The notes: generated by a model not told the origin, from the sequence alone. 64,000 nucleotides of DNA from a virus (IMGVR_UViG_3300047402_000065:7196-71195), one strand, 5' to 3'. Positions 39,473-49,683 are shown, counted from the stretch's first letter. Program-made: numbers and translations.

Positions 39473-40786
39473 TTAGGATACGTCGATGGTGAATGACCCG
39501 AGTGGGTTGTACATCTTCAATCCGAGGTTGCCCTGGATGTAGAGGTCTTTGAAATCCTCACGGGTTCCGTTCGGACCTTCGAGCATGAGGGTTCCGCCCA
39601 TTTCAAATGGAGGGAGACCTTTCATGTGACATGGCTTGATGGTCTCCATGTCCAGAACGAAGATCTTGTTTGCGAAGCTCGCAGGGAACAGTGATGGCTC
39701 CTGCAGAAGCATGCAAGGGATCAGCACGAAGCGAAGTCCGCCGAACTTGATCTCGTCGATCTCGAGGTCGATGGTCTTGTCATCCGGGCGATAACGTGTC
39801 AGCGCCTGCTTGTACATCTTGCTGATCTCGTTGATCAGACGTGGCACAGCGCAGATGAAGCGCACGCCGCCTTCCGACTTGTAGTCGGTAGCAAATGCGA
39901 GGGCTTCGAGTGTCGCCTGCAGGTTGGCTGTGGTCGTGGTCGCTGATGCTGAACCGGCAGCGGTCATGAGTGGGAACACCCCGCCCATAGCTTTGCCAGG
40001 CTCACCAAGCGTTGTCGCGAACTCTCCGCGTGTTCCGTTGAAGAACGTAGCGAAGTAGTCGAAGCGGGTCTGCTTCATGAGCTCCTCGGTGTCCTTCTGA
40101 TAGTAATCAGTGGTTCCGAGGTTCTGCATCTTGAGCTGCTCCACACGTCCCCAGCGACGTGCGCGGAGGAAGCGCTGGATGTAGTTGTAGCGCTCGATGG
40201 TGGTCAGACGCTGGTAGGTCTGGAATACGTTCTGTCCATCAGCACGGAAAGTGCTCATAGGGATGAAGATGTCCGTACCAGAAGAAGGTGGCAGGCCAAC
40301 AGATGTCTGCGAGGTGATGGTCAGCACGTTGGTCGCTGTGTTGATAGCTGTCACGATACCTTTGGTGTTGTTGGCATCGTTGAAGCAGATAACCATGTCG
40401 AGCGTCACGAAGTTGATAGACGCCGCTGTCACAGTGTAGTTGGCTGATACCGTAGATCCAGGCACCGCCGGTGTGGCTCCTGTGCCGGGGCCTGTTTCCT
40501 GAAGCAGGTTACGCACCGAGGTGTACTCTCTCCAGTAGTATTCGTCAGACGGTGTCTGCTCGAAAGGCTGCTCGAAGAGGAGCTTGAGGATGAGGTACTT
40601 CTGCGGAGTCGCGTCGAAGAGCGCCTGCTGCAGGTCACGTGCGAAGAGGTCAGAGGTTGACGCTCCGTATGCGCTGTTGGCTGCGTAGTCGCTGCCGAGC
40701 GCGTTTGCCCAGAGGGCGTTACCGAAAGGAGATCCTTCGGCACCAGGTTGGTAGGCGTATAAGCCGTTACCGTTTGTTGTTGACAT
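39473..40786 (-). CDS. major capsid protein (crAss/DUF5309-like HK97 fold)
   Basis: 437 aa after portal and scaffold; YNYIQRF motif, strongly biased codons, terminal QGNLGLKMYNP. Confidence 0.8.
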   Translation of the reverse strand: MSTTNGNGLYAYQPGAEGSPFGNALWANALGSDYAANSAYGASTSDLFARDLQQALFDATPQKYLILKLLFEQPFEQTPSDEYYWREYTSVRNLLQETGPGTGATPAVPGSTVSANYTVTAASINFVTLDMVICFNDANNTKGIVTAINTATNVLTITSQTSVGLPPSSGTDIFIPMSTFRADGQNVFQTYQRLTTIERYNYIQRFLRARRWGRVEQLKMQNLGTTDYYQKDTEELMKQTRFDYFATFFNGTRGEFATTLGEPGKAMGGVFPLMTAAGSASATTTTANLQATLEALAFATDYKSEGGVRFICAVPRLINEISKMYKQALTRYRPDDKTIDLEIDEIKFGGLRFVLIPCMLLQEPSLFPASFANKIFVLDMETIKPCHMKGLPPFEMGGTLMLEGPNGTREDFKDLYIQGNLGLKMYNPLGSFTIDVS

Positions 40787-40808
40787 ATTTGTCGGTTTTT
40801 AATGGTTG

Positions 40809-42065
40809 TTAATAGCGTTGCTTCGACCCTTTGATGATCGACTGAAGCAGTGATCGCCGTGGGTCTTCCTGTTGTTGACCATTGTTACCATTTGTACCGG
40901 TGTGACCTGATGTCTGCGAAGGATGCCGTTGGCCACGGTCGACGATCTCTTCTCTTGCCTGTGACGCTCCAAGCTCTTTCATGCGTTCGGCCATGACTTG
41001 CATCATGGTCGCTCCATGTTGGGCGAAGGCCAGTTTAGCTGCTGCGTCAGTGTGCACCGTTCCGTCCTCATTGAACAGCAGATTGCCAAGGTCTGTTCCC
41101 CGGAGAGCGTTCGACAGTGGCATAAGTCCTTCGAGAGCAGCACTGAGCTGTGCCTTCTTGGACTCGTCTGTGAACCCTGGGATGACCTCTGTTAGGCGCG
41201 ACATAGAGGAGGAGACAGATGCGTCGTATCCCTTTTTGAAGGCACGGGCATCATTTTCTCTCTGTGCTATGGACGCTTCACGCTGCTGCTTTAGCAAACC
41301 GAACTGTGTCTGCGCGGCAGTATAAGCTACTTGAAATTCTCTTGAACTAGTATCAATATCCTCAAGCTCCTCTGGCGAGAATGCCTTGGGGACAAGTGCC
41401 TTGACAAGCATCTTTGGATCCTGCTGATCGAAAGGCTTGGTAAGGTTCACCTTTGTTCCAGAGTACGCCTCGAGCTCCTTCTTCCAGTCACCGCCTGAGA
41501 GGTTGCTCTTCACGGCTACTTTAAGATCGTCGTCGAGGTTGTTGAGGGCTGTTTCGTAATTAGCCACCTTCTTCTCCGCTTCCGGGAGCTTTTGAGAAGC
41601 TGTGCGCCACTGCTTGAAGACCTCCTTTTTCTCAAGAAGCTCTTCAGGCTTTGTGACCTTAAACCCAAACACCGACTCCATTTGTCCGAAGGCATCCTCG
41701 AGGGTCTTCACCTGCGGAGCTCCCTTTTGTGTTACCGGCACTTCGATATGACCGAAGTCAGTCTTGATGATATTCTTGTCATCAGGAGCAGGCTGAGTCT
41801 GGGACTGAGTCTGTTGCTGAGATGCTGCGGATTGCTGTGCCGATGGCGTGGACTGCTGTTGCTGTCCATTGCCCCCTGACTTAGCTACCTCATCCATCAC
41901 CTTGCGAACTCTGTCGCGGGCATTGGATGATCCGAGTGATGCGAGGAATGCTGTCTTGTTCGCAAGCTCCGCCGTCTGCTGTGCAGTAGGGGCAGGCTGC
42001 TGCTGCTCCGGAGGCTGTTGCGTAGCCGGAGCAGTTGTCTGTGGTTGTTGTACCGTATTTTCCAT
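40809..42065 (-). CDS. scaffolding protein (putative)
   Basis: Gln/Pro-rich disordered termini, helical core, between portal and MCP. Confidence 0.6.
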   Translation of the reverse strand: MENTVQQPQTTAPATQQPPEQQQPAPTAQQTAELANKTAFLASLGSSNARDRVRKVMDEVAKSGGNGQQQQSTPSAQQSAASQQQTQSQTQPAPDDKNIIKTDFGHIEVPVTQKGAPQVKTLEDAFGQMESVFGFKVTKPEELLEKKEVFKQWRTASQKLPEAEKKVANYETALNNLDDDLKVAVKSNLSGGDWKKELEAYSGTKVNLTKPFDQQDPKMLVKALVPKAFSPEELEDIDTSSREFQVAYTAAQTQFGLLKQQREASIAQRENDARAFKKGYDASVSSSMSRLTEVIPGFTDESKKAQLSAALEGLMPLSNALRGTDLGNLLFNEDGTVHTDAAAKLAFAQHGATMMQVMAERMKELGASQAREEIVDRGQRHPSQTSGHTGTNGNNGQQQEDPRRSLLQSIIKGSKQRY

Positions 42066-42115
42066 GTAAACCGTTGAGTATGCGAATGTATGTTCTTTTT
42101 ACTTAACCTACAACT

Positions 42116-44344
42116 TTAAGGCACTATCTTTTGTTGAGCCGCCTTTGGATAGGTAGATGCTGCTTGCGCTTTTGCCTCTATCTTCTCAAGGTCGTTGACG
42201 TGCTTCTGCGCCTGCACCAAGTGCTTGTCATTACGCTCATCGAGGATGTTCTGCTGTTGTTGCTGGTTCATCTGCTGGAAGAGCGCCATCTGCTGTTGGC
42301 TCTGAGCCTGCTGTTGCTGCATCTGCATCTTGGCCATCACCTGACGCTCCTTAGAGTATTCGCGTATCGCCGCTGCAACCTGATCAGGAGTAGATCGTCC
42401 GAACAGGTTTCCGAAGTGACGCTGGTCGATAAGTCCAAGCTGCAGGAGCTGCAGGAGCATTGCGTCCGCAGCGCGGTGCAGTTCTTCCTGGGCGTTGGCC
42501 CTCTTCACAGATACCCTGAAGTCCTCTATCTCCATGTCCTTTGACAGACTGATAACTTTCGCTGCGGCATCGCCTACGGCTATGGTCAGGTCATTCGGAT
42601 TATCAATATAAATCTTCTTTCCTCTCACCGCCATCGACTGATAGGCCTGCATGAATATCTTGGTCACCGCGTTGTAGAACGGCTCCTGCAGCAGCGATCC
42701 GCGCTGTATCATGAGCTCTGTCACGCCCACGAGCTGATCCTGCCCCATACTCTGCCCCTGCATAGCCTCGTTGGTTCCGATGGTATATTGTGTCAGCCCC
42801 TTGATAGCCTCAAGGATGTTGAACATATTCATGAGTCCATTCTTCGGATTCATATCATACTGGCCGACAACATTCTGGATGCCTCTGCCTCTAGCGTCTA
42901 TTGAAACTGGGCGACCATGCTGCATGTCGCGCTTGGCATCCATTTCTTCTTCTGTCGTGAGGAACACTGATGAATCCACGATAGGCCCTGAGCCTCCGGT
43001 GTTTCGGATCTGCTCGTCCACTACCGACAGAACGCGGTTCACAAAGCGCTGTGAGTCGATAGCATCTTCGAGCGGTGAGCGCACCTCGCCATTGATATAG
43101 CTCCAGCAATATGTCTTGTATGGGAACGGTACGGTGTTGTACTTCTCGTTGTTCGCCTCCTGGTATGGCATCACGCCATACTCAAGTACAAGGTCCGGCT
43201 TGCGGTCTTGCGGAGACTGGTCTGGCGCGGCCTGGTATGGCACGAAGCGTACATAGCGGATCACATCAGGATAGATGGTCACTGACTTTTTTCCCCTCAT
43301 GCGCCTGCGCGACTCATAAGTATTCGTCGGGTCTATGAGGTCTTTATCCGTATAGGTTGGCCTCTTCTCTCCCTCCGGGGTATGGTTGATACGCTTGAAT
43401 ACGGTGTCTCCATACTCATTTATCACATATCCAAATTCCTGTGGCTCAGTATCTCGCCAGTAGACATTCGCTACGGGCACGCCGTTGCGCGATACGTTCT
43501 GCTGATAGCCTACCGATGTAGCTGCGGGCTGTCGCTTGTCATAGCTCTCCACAACCAGGCGCTGTTCTTCAGACAGGTGTGGGTACATCTCATATATCTG
43601 CGGTGGCGCCATGTAGTCGAAGTGTCCCTGGAACTGACAGTCGTTCTGCAGGGCGTAGTCGCGGGAGTTGCGGTCCCAGAAGAAGTCTTTGGACTGTATG
43701 GCTTTGAAGCGTTGCTCGCCGGCATACTCGTAGTCCATCAGCACGCCAAGTCCCGAGAGTCCGATCTGCTCGGCGATGAATGGCTGCAGAGATTCGAGGT
43801 CGTTTATCTGAGCGATGTACTGCATCAGGTAGTTCAACGCCTCGACGAACTTATCCACGTAGACATTATCGAATATCTGCTCGGTCTCCTTATTCGTCTT
43901 TCCTACGCCTGTCTTCTCGCGGATGGCGTCAGCGAACACGGGCACTTTACGTGCCAGCTCTGTCTGGAAGAGCATCTTGGCGAGCTGCTCATCACGACGG
44001 GTCTTTGTCAGTGGCGATACGGAGAACGCTTCTGCATTGAGTGTCATGCGGCTTGCATTGCCGATGTACTCCATCATGATCTTTCTGATCATGTTCATGC
44101 GCACCTGCAGGCGATTGCGAACATCTCCGCTCTCGTCTTTTAGGAAGTTCTCTATATCTTCCTGTATGAACCACTGGTTGCCGATATAGAACTGCTCATG
44201 GGTGAGCACTCTGTTTATCCAGAGTGTATGGATAGGGTTATTATACCCAGCCCATATCGCATAGCGACCCCATGAGAGGTGGTATTTCTCGTCTTTTGTC
44301 TGCGTGAGGCGGTTGGGCCTGGTGTCTGCTATGGTGGTTATCAT
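42116..44344 (-). CDS. portal protein (crAss/P22-like)
   Basis: 742 aa; position after terminase; Gln-rich C-terminal barrel. Confidence 0.75.
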   Translation of the reverse strand: MITTIADTRPNRLTQTKDEKYHLSWGRYAIWAGYNNPIHTLWINRVLTHEQFYIGNQWFIQEDIENFLKDESGDVRNRLQVRMNMIRKIMMEYIGNASRMTLNAEAFSVSPLTKTRRDEQLAKMLFQTELARKVPVFADAIREKTGVGKTNKETEQIFDNVYVDKFVEALNYLMQYIAQINDLESLQPFIAEQIGLSGLGVLMDYEYAGEQRFKAIQSKDFFWDRNSRDYALQNDCQFQGHFDYMAPPQIYEMYPHLSEEQRLVVESYDKRQPAATSVGYQQNVSRNGVPVANVYWRDTEPQEFGYVINEYGDTVFKRINHTPEGEKRPTYTDKDLIDPTNTYESRRRMRGKKSVTIYPDVIRYVRFVPYQAAPDQSPQDRKPDLVLEYGVMPYQEANNEKYNTVPFPYKTYCWSYINGEVRSPLEDAIDSQRFVNRVLSVVDEQIRNTGGSGPIVDSSVFLTTEEEMDAKRDMQHGRPVSIDARGRGIQNVVGQYDMNPKNGLMNMFNILEAIKGLTQYTIGTNEAMQGQSMGQDQLVGVTELMIQRGSLLQEPFYNAVTKIFMQAYQSMAVRGKKIYIDNPNDLTIAVGDAAAKVISLSKDMEIEDFRVSVKRANAQEELHRAADAMLLQLLQLGLIDQRHFGNLFGRSTPDQVAAAIREYSKERQVMAKMQMQQQQAQSQQQMALFQQMNQQQQQNILDERNDKHLVQAQKHVNDLEKIEAKAQAASTYPKAAQQKIVP

Positions 44345-44937
44345 TGTGCTGAGAGTCTTTTACGTTCCATTACTATCTGATGAACACTCTTACCTGTGCT
44401 TACCTCGCTCTTCACCTTCATGTTGAAGCCCATGCTTTCTTCGAGCATCTTCACCATGTGAGGCATCTCTTCGCGAACCTTCTGTAGTGTTGTCGTGTAT
44501 TTTGCCATATCATCCCATCCTACCACCTTCTCTCCCGTTTCTTCATCCACCTTCTCAATAAGCTCTTCGATGTTTAGCGAACCTATCGTTACAAGGTTTG
44601 CGAACATCTTCTGCGCTGTCATGAGTGCCCTTGACCGCACATCCGGATCAAAGCGAGCCATGATATCGCAAGCCTCTCGGACGTGACTCGGGAACTTCCC
44701 TTTCAGATACAGGCCCATACGATCGCTATCCTCATTGCCTTTGAAGGCCATCTGATAGGCTTTCTCAATCCGGTCAACGCCTTGCAGGTGGCTGAACGGG
44801 CTCTCCTTTGAGGCGTAGAGCCATACGAATAACGGCTCATCCCCCTTGAGTTGCTTAAAGCAATCTTCAGAGGCAAGTTCAGGGAACTGCTCTACGTATG
44901 ATTTTTTAGACCCAAGGTCTGGGAAGAAGAGGCTCAT
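44341..44937 (-). CDS. hypothetical protein between terminase and portal
   Basis: Start moved to ATG 44937 (ATGA overlap with terminase stop); crAss-like synteny. Confidence 0.6.
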   Translation of the reverse strand: MSLFFPDLGSKKSYVEQFPELASEDCFKQLKGDEPLFVWLYASKESPFSHLQGVDRIEKAYQMAFKGNEDSDRMGLYLKGKFPSHVREACDIMARFDPDVRSRALMTAQKMFANLVTIGSLNIEELIEKVDEETGEKVVGWDDMAKYTTTLQKVREEMPHMVKMLEESMGFNMKVKSEVSTGKSVHQIVMERKRLSAQ

Positions 44938-47198
44938 GCAGCTTTCGGTCTTTTTACCCGCTTGGATAGCTGTCCGTCCGGGGTGTGAAACAGTTCGTAT
45001 CTGATCTTTTTGAATTTCGCCTGCGCCTTTTCTCCGGACATCTCTTCCGGCGGCAGGTGGGCGAAGCACTGAGCGCAAAGATAGGCGTATGTGAGCGCAA
45101 ACAGAGTGTCATCCCAATAATGCTTTTTATCCAGAGGCTCCCATATCTCAGATCGTCCCACCTGCTTGCATGTAAACGTCTTGAGCTGGTTAAAGAATAC
45201 TGGAAGGTATATGTTGTCTCCGAAGGAGTCAAACACCTGGTGCATCATGTTTATGATGGCCGCGTTGCGAAGCCCCTTGTTGTCGATGCCGATCTTAACC
45301 GTGTTGTCTCTTGTCTGGAATATCGGAGGCAGCTCGGTGCCGATGACAAGCGTTCTGACAAGGTCTTTGTTCTCCTTGTATTCCCGGTAAGCTGTTCCGA
45401 TGTTCGACTCTACCAGCTCTGTCACCGCCTGCCTGTTCTCGTCGGCGACGTTATAGTACATGCCAAGAAGGACGGTCTGCAGGAATACATATCGGTAGTT
45501 GTCTGTGCGGAAGTTCATCACAGCCACCGGTGTTGCGAAGTGCGCGTCCCATATCACGCTGGCCATCTTTGAGTGACCATTGTCTGAGGCGATAGGGTCT
45601 GTGCCCTGATAGTATCTGTTTATCCACTTCTTAGGGTGGATGAATATGGCTGTTGTTATCCGTTCATCGCCGAGTTGCAGTGGTATGAAGTTGGCGCCGA
45701 CGATCTTAAACGGCACGTCGCTACCCTCGTGCGCAGGCTTTGTGTGATCATATATCGGCTCGAAGTATCCGTAATCCGGCACCTCTCCCGTCTTGGCGAT
45801 GCGGTCAAGCTGGCTGTTGATATATTCCAGTGGCTTTAATGTCTTTCCGCCGGTGAGGAATACGTCGCTCAGTTCTACCGGGTAGGACTGGTGGAAGCGT
45901 ATCTTCATCTCCTCGGCCTTTGGACCCTGCATGGCGTAGGCTTCGGCGCGTAGCTTCTCATACATCTCCCGGGTAAACCCAGGTCTCCACCATACATTGA
46001 AGAATAGCGGTACGATACCATTGCCCCAGGAGCGGTTATCCCACTCCTCCTTATGCTTCATGTAAACGGCTGCGAAGGCAGCTCCGAAGCTCTCCATCTC
46101 GCCACCGGTACCCCACATTATTATCTGGCGCATGAGCTCCTGCTTGCCCGTCTTTGTGTTGAAGCCATAGAGGGTTGGCTCGATATCGCTCAACAGCTTG
46201 TTGAGTATCTCGATGTTTCCGGCCTCGTCGATAAAGGTGATATCGGGTGTGGACGATGCGATGGCGGTGGTCGTCGGGGCGAGCACCTCCATAGACGAGT
46301 TGTTGCCCTCGGTGATCCCCTTCTTTTTCTTTTCGCCAAAGTACAGCTCGCGGATGTTGTCGTTACGCGCCTCTGGCCTCATCCAGTGCGGTAGCATGGA
46401 GTACGGGTATTTCACCTTGGTATCGAAGGTCACCTGCGCCTTTTTATCGGTCTCAGAGATGAACTTTATGACCATGTCCAGGTTGAACCCGGCCTTGTAC
46501 ATCGCCCCCATGCACATTGTCGTTGTGAAGGCCACCTGACGTGCTTTGGCTATGTCCAGGCTGTATCCGCAGTCGAACAGGTATAAGATGATCCTGTGCG
46601 CCTTACGTGCGATATAATTCTTCAGACCATACTCGTTGGCATCCCGGATCTTACCATGTCTGTTACAGGCGAATAGGGTGTTCTCGCAGCAGCGCTCCAC
46701 CTCCCTGACCTGGTAGTCGAACAGCTCTTGCTCTGTCATCCGGTCTGGCGTTGGTTCTGCGAGCCATTGGTCGGCCTGCTTGCAGTAGAGGTCGAACTTA
46801 TCGTAGTCTATGCAGTTGTAGAACCCGTCGGAGCGATTGATGGAGTCTATCCATGCCACGAACTCCTTGGTGTGATACACGCGGGACTCTGGCATCCAGT
46901 CTTTCTTCTTCACCTTTACTACAGCCGACGAAGGCGCCACCGGGTTTTTCACCACGGCGTTGTCATGGTCGACTACAATAACATCATCCGGACGATCATC
47001 TCTGTCGATGATCTCCGGAAGGATGTCTGGCAGTATGTCTTCTGGTGCCTCCGGGAACGACTCCTCCTTTAGGAATCCTTCCTTTTTGAGCAGAGCTACC
47101 TTCTCCGCGCCGATGTCAATGCCTTTGTCATACAGCTCGAAAAAAAGTTCAAGCGTCGCTCTGTCCGCCTGATGCTTATCTCTTCCACGAGGAGGCAA
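44934..47198 (-). CDS. terL: terminase large subunit
   Basis: KARQVAFTT (Walker A region), FIDEAG (Walker B), GTGG coupling motif, GTDP nuclease motif, DDTLFA. Confidence 0.9.
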   Translation of the reverse strand: MPPRGRDKHQADRATLELFFELYDKGIDIGAEKVALLKKEGFLKEESFPEAPEDILPDILPEIIDRDDRPDDVIVVDHDNAVVKNPVAPSSAVVKVKKKDWMPESRVYHTKEFVAWIDSINRSDGFYNCIDYDKFDLYCKQADQWLAEPTPDRMTEQELFDYQVREVERCCENTLFACNRHGKIRDANEYGLKNYIARKAHRIILYLFDCGYSLDIAKARQVAFTTTMCMGAMYKAGFNLDMVIKFISETDKKAQVTFDTKVKYPYSMLPHWMRPEARNDNIRELYFGEKKKKGITEGNNSSMEVLAPTTTAIASSTPDITFIDEAGNIEILNKLLSDIEPTLYGFNTKTGKQELMRQIIMWGTGGEMESFGAAFAAVYMKHKEEWDNRSWGNGIVPLFFNVWWRPGFTREMYEKLRAEAYAMQGPKAEEMKIRFHQSYPVELSDVFLTGGKTLKPLEYINSQLDRIAKTGEVPDYGYFEPIYDHTKPAHEGSDVPFKIVGANFIPLQLGDERITTAIFIHPKKWINRYYQGTDPIASDNGHSKMASVIWDAHFATPVAVMNFRTDNYRYVFLQTVLLGMYYNVADENRQAVTELVESNIGTAYREYKENKDLVRTLVIGTELPPIFQTRDNTVKIGIDNKGLRNAAIINMMHQVFDSFGDNIYLPVFFNQLKTFTCKQVGRSEIWEPLDKKHYWDDTLFALTYAYLCAQCFAHLPPEEMSGEKAQAKFKKIRYELFHTPDGQLSKRVKRPKAA

Positions 47199-47207
47199 GG
47201 CAAGTTT

Positions 47208-47612
47208 TTATGATGGGTCTGCGGTAGCGTACTCTGCTGCGTACAGTGCGTACAGCGCTGCGATGAGTGCTGCGCGAGCCACGCGAAGGTCGTTCGGGTA
47301 TCCGTAATCGGTTACACCGCTTCCTTTGGTGAGGTTCACCACAGGGTTTGTCTCCACGCTGTCGATCACTGCCTGGAGAGCTCCTAGCGCTGTCTGCTTG
47401 GTCTGTGTTGATCCGTCGGTAGAAGCTGCTACTGCGCTGTCGGTGCGGACACCGCCTGCTGCTGCATATACTTCGTTCTTGTAGTCAGCGATGGCGGACA
47501 TCATGTCGTTCACCTCTGTCTGTACGGAATCGCGGCAGTATGAAGCTGCTGCCTTTGCTGCTGCCTCGATGGATTCCATCAGGACGAGCTGAGTGTTTAC
47601 TGTCTGTGACAT
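47208..47612 (-). CDS. hypothetical protein (paralog A)
   Basis: 134 aa; shares QxVIDSxExN and YxYPNxLR..RAxLIAxLYAxYxAEY with upstream gene. Confidence 0.65.
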   Translation of the reverse strand: MSQTVNTQLVLMESIEAAAKAAASYCRDSVQTEVNDMMSAIADYKNEVYAAAGGVRTDSAVAASTDGSTQTKQTALGALQAVIDSVETNPVVNLTKGSGVTDYGYPNDLRVARAALIAALYALYAAEYATADPS

Positions 47613-47621
47613 TGTTTTTGT

Positions 47622-48023
47622 TTAGGATGGGAATCGGTTGTATTCTGCCTCGTAGGCGGCATAGAGTTTTGCGATGAGCGTTGCTCTTTTTGTGCGGAGC
47701 GTGTTGGGGTATACGTAAGAATGTGTGGCGTCAACCCAGATGGCTTCTCCCACAATATTTTTTTCGATGCTGTCGATCACGCGTTGCACATTGCCAATAG
47801 CTACCTGTCTTTCAAAGAGTGATCCGAAGGGCACCCCCACGTTTCCAGGTGAGTATGTGGTCTTGCTGCCAATGGTCTTCTCCACCTGGGTCATATAGTC
47901 GGCCATAGCGTCTACGGCGTCCTGCGCCTCTGTTTTTTCTTCAAGAACTTTACACGCCGCAAGCAACATGTTGTAGTTGTTGAGCAGCATTTCCGAGTAG
48001 TCTGAATAGCGTACAAATGACAT
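47622..48023 (-). CDS. hypothetical protein (paralog B)
   Basis: Start moved to ATG 48023 (133 aa), downstream of the promoter at 48041-48048. Confidence 0.65.
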   Translation of the reverse strand: MSFVRYSDYSEMLLNNYNMLLAACKVLEEKTEAQDAVDAMADYMTQVEKTIGSKTTYSPGNVGVPFGSLFERQVAIGNVQRVIDSIEKNIVGEAIWVDATHSYVYPNTLRTKRATLIAKLYAAYEAEYNRFPS

Positions 48024-48040
48024 GGCGAGATGAGTTTTGA

Positions 48041-48057
48041 CAAATATAATACTTTTG
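48041..48057. promoter_or_regulatory. divergent back-to-back Bacteroidota promoters
   Basis: TATATTTG on - strand (48041-48048) facing the structural operon; TACTTTTG on + strand (48050-48057) facing the glycosyltransferase. Confidence 0.65.
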
Positions 48058-48081
48058 TGATAATCAATACTTTTTGGTGCT

Positions 48082-48834
48082 ATGGTTAAATTAAAGCACA
48101 AGATACTTATCATCACCGCCGTGTGGCAACGCCATGACCTTACCAAGGTTGTGTTGGACTACTATGGTCGGATGGCGGCATCCTCTGACGGCAGGATATC
48201 TCTGTTGGCTGTAGGTAGCGAGGGTGAGGTATCCCGTAAGATGTGCGAGTCTCGTGGCTGGGCATATACCGAGTTCAAGAACAGGCCGCTTTCTCACAAG
48301 TGGTCGGCTCTTGTCAAGGAGGCTCGTAAGATGGATTTTGACTTTCTTGTCATCGCCGGGAGTGATGATCTGCTGTCTCGGTCTCTTATCGAGTATTATG
48401 ACCGGGTTTACTCGGCTGATGCCGATTATATGCTCGGGCTGAAGGACCTGTATTTTTACATGATGTCTTCCGAAGAGTCGTGGCATTTCCACGGGTATGA
48501 TGTTCTTAAAACCATTGGTGCCGGCAGGTGCTTATCCCGAAAGGTTCTGGATATGTGTGGGTGGAGGCCGTGGTATATCTATGTTATCAACAGGGGGTTG
48601 GACACTCATTGCTCCCGATACCTTGCCAGGTGTGGTGTTGGCGAGAGGGCTGTTCTTATGGGGCAGGCTGCCGGGGTGGGAATAGATATCAAGCATTATG
48701 ATATCGCCATAACCAAGGAGGACAGGATCATCGCCAAGTCAACGCCTTCGATGAATATACTGGAGCAGTGGTTCCCGAAGGAGTATGAGGCGGTGTGCGA
48801 GATGATGGACAAAGAGGCGCTCAGGTGCGTATGA
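48082..48834 (+). CDS. GT-A fold glycosyltransferase (putative)
   Basis: ILIITAVWQR, NRPLSHKW, FLVIAGSDDLL (DxD-like), GAGR, GLD. Confidence 0.7.
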   Translation: MVKLKHKILIITAVWQRHDLTKVVLDYYGRMAASSDGRISLLAVGSEGEVSRKMCESRGWAYTEFKNRPLSHKWSALVKEARKMDFDFLVIAGSDDLLSRSLIEYYDRVYSADADYMLGLKDLYFYMMSSEESWHFHGYDVLKTIGAGRCLSRKVLDMCGWRPWYIYVINRGLDTHCSRYLARCGVGERAVLMGQAAGVGIDIKHYDIAITKEDRIIAKSTPSMNILEQWFPKEYEAVCEMMDKEALRCV

Positions 48835-48847
48835 ATCTGAAAATCTC

Positions 48848-48855
48848 TATATTTG
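48848..48855 (+). promoter_or_regulatory. Bacteroidota -7 promoter element
   Basis: TATATTTG upstream of the 82-aa gene. Confidence 0.55.
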
Positions 48856-48899
48856 ACGTGACTAGTTAAATTGATCAATTAACCTAAACCACTAATGCT

Positions 48900-49148
48900 A
48901 TGGCTACTAATGCTAATGTGATCGCGAAAGCGGCTGGTGCGGTGAATAACGAGACTGCCTTCAACACGTTTGAAGTTCGTTCCGTTGCCAAGCTCACCCA
49001 GCCTGCTATCGGCAATTACGGGCCTAAGTATCTGCTGACATTTACCCGCACCGACGGCACCACATTCAATGTGGAGTATGCTACTTCCGGAGCGCGTAAC
49101 ACAGCATTTACGAACTACATGTCCGCATTTGCAACGAGCTTCACCTAA
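48900..49148 (+). CDS. small Ala/Thr-rich protein, possibly virion component
   Basis: 82 aa with its own promoter and terminator. Confidence 0.6.
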   Translation: MATNANVIAKAAGAVNNETAFNTFEVRSVAKLTQPAIGNYGPKYLLTFTRTDGTTFNVEYATSGARNTAFTNYMSAFATSFT

Positions 49149-49171
49149 TCGGTGAAAGTGTTAAAAAGAGA

Positions 49172-49210
49172 CATCCCTTCAAAATATTTTTGGAGGGATG
49201 CTTTTTTTTT
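49172..49210 (+). terminator. intrinsic terminator
   Basis: CATCCCTTCAAAA-TAT-TTTTGGAGGGATG then C and T9. Confidence 0.85.
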
Positions 49211-49683
49211 ATTTGCTTTGTAATGAATACGCTTAAACACTTGCAGTAAGCGCGAAGAAATTGTCGGGAGGGCCGAGCCCGCAACGACACTACCGCCAAA
49301 GAGACTGCAAGCTCTGCGGCGGTTCTTTTTTATGCAGATATCAAACGGCACAACACTACTTATTCCTCCTCAGCGAATACTATTGGCTGTGAATAGCGGA
49401 AGTATCGCCATAACGAGTACCGCATCACCATTTGTAACAGCATGGACAAAACACTGATCTGCTTAAATCAGGGGGCACGGCTGATGACATCTTCCTCCCT
49501 TGAGCCTAAAACGACCGACCGACGACCGACCGACGAGTATTTCTCGTGGCGCAGAAGGTGTTCGTTGTCATCCGCCCTTACTCCTTCTTCAAAAAAAAGA
49601 AGAGGGGAGGTAAGGAGGGGTGATGATTGACATCTTCTTTGCACCACACTTCCTCTCTCCTCCCTCCCTCAGAGTATTTCTAA

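Noticed and set aside
18273-48023. Numerous + strand ORFs of 60-256 aa opposite the structural genes
   Set aside because: Antisense shadows of long biased-codon genes; no motifs or expression signals.
49481-49510. CTGATGA hammerhead ribozyme core
   Set aside because: No stem II or downstream GAAA.
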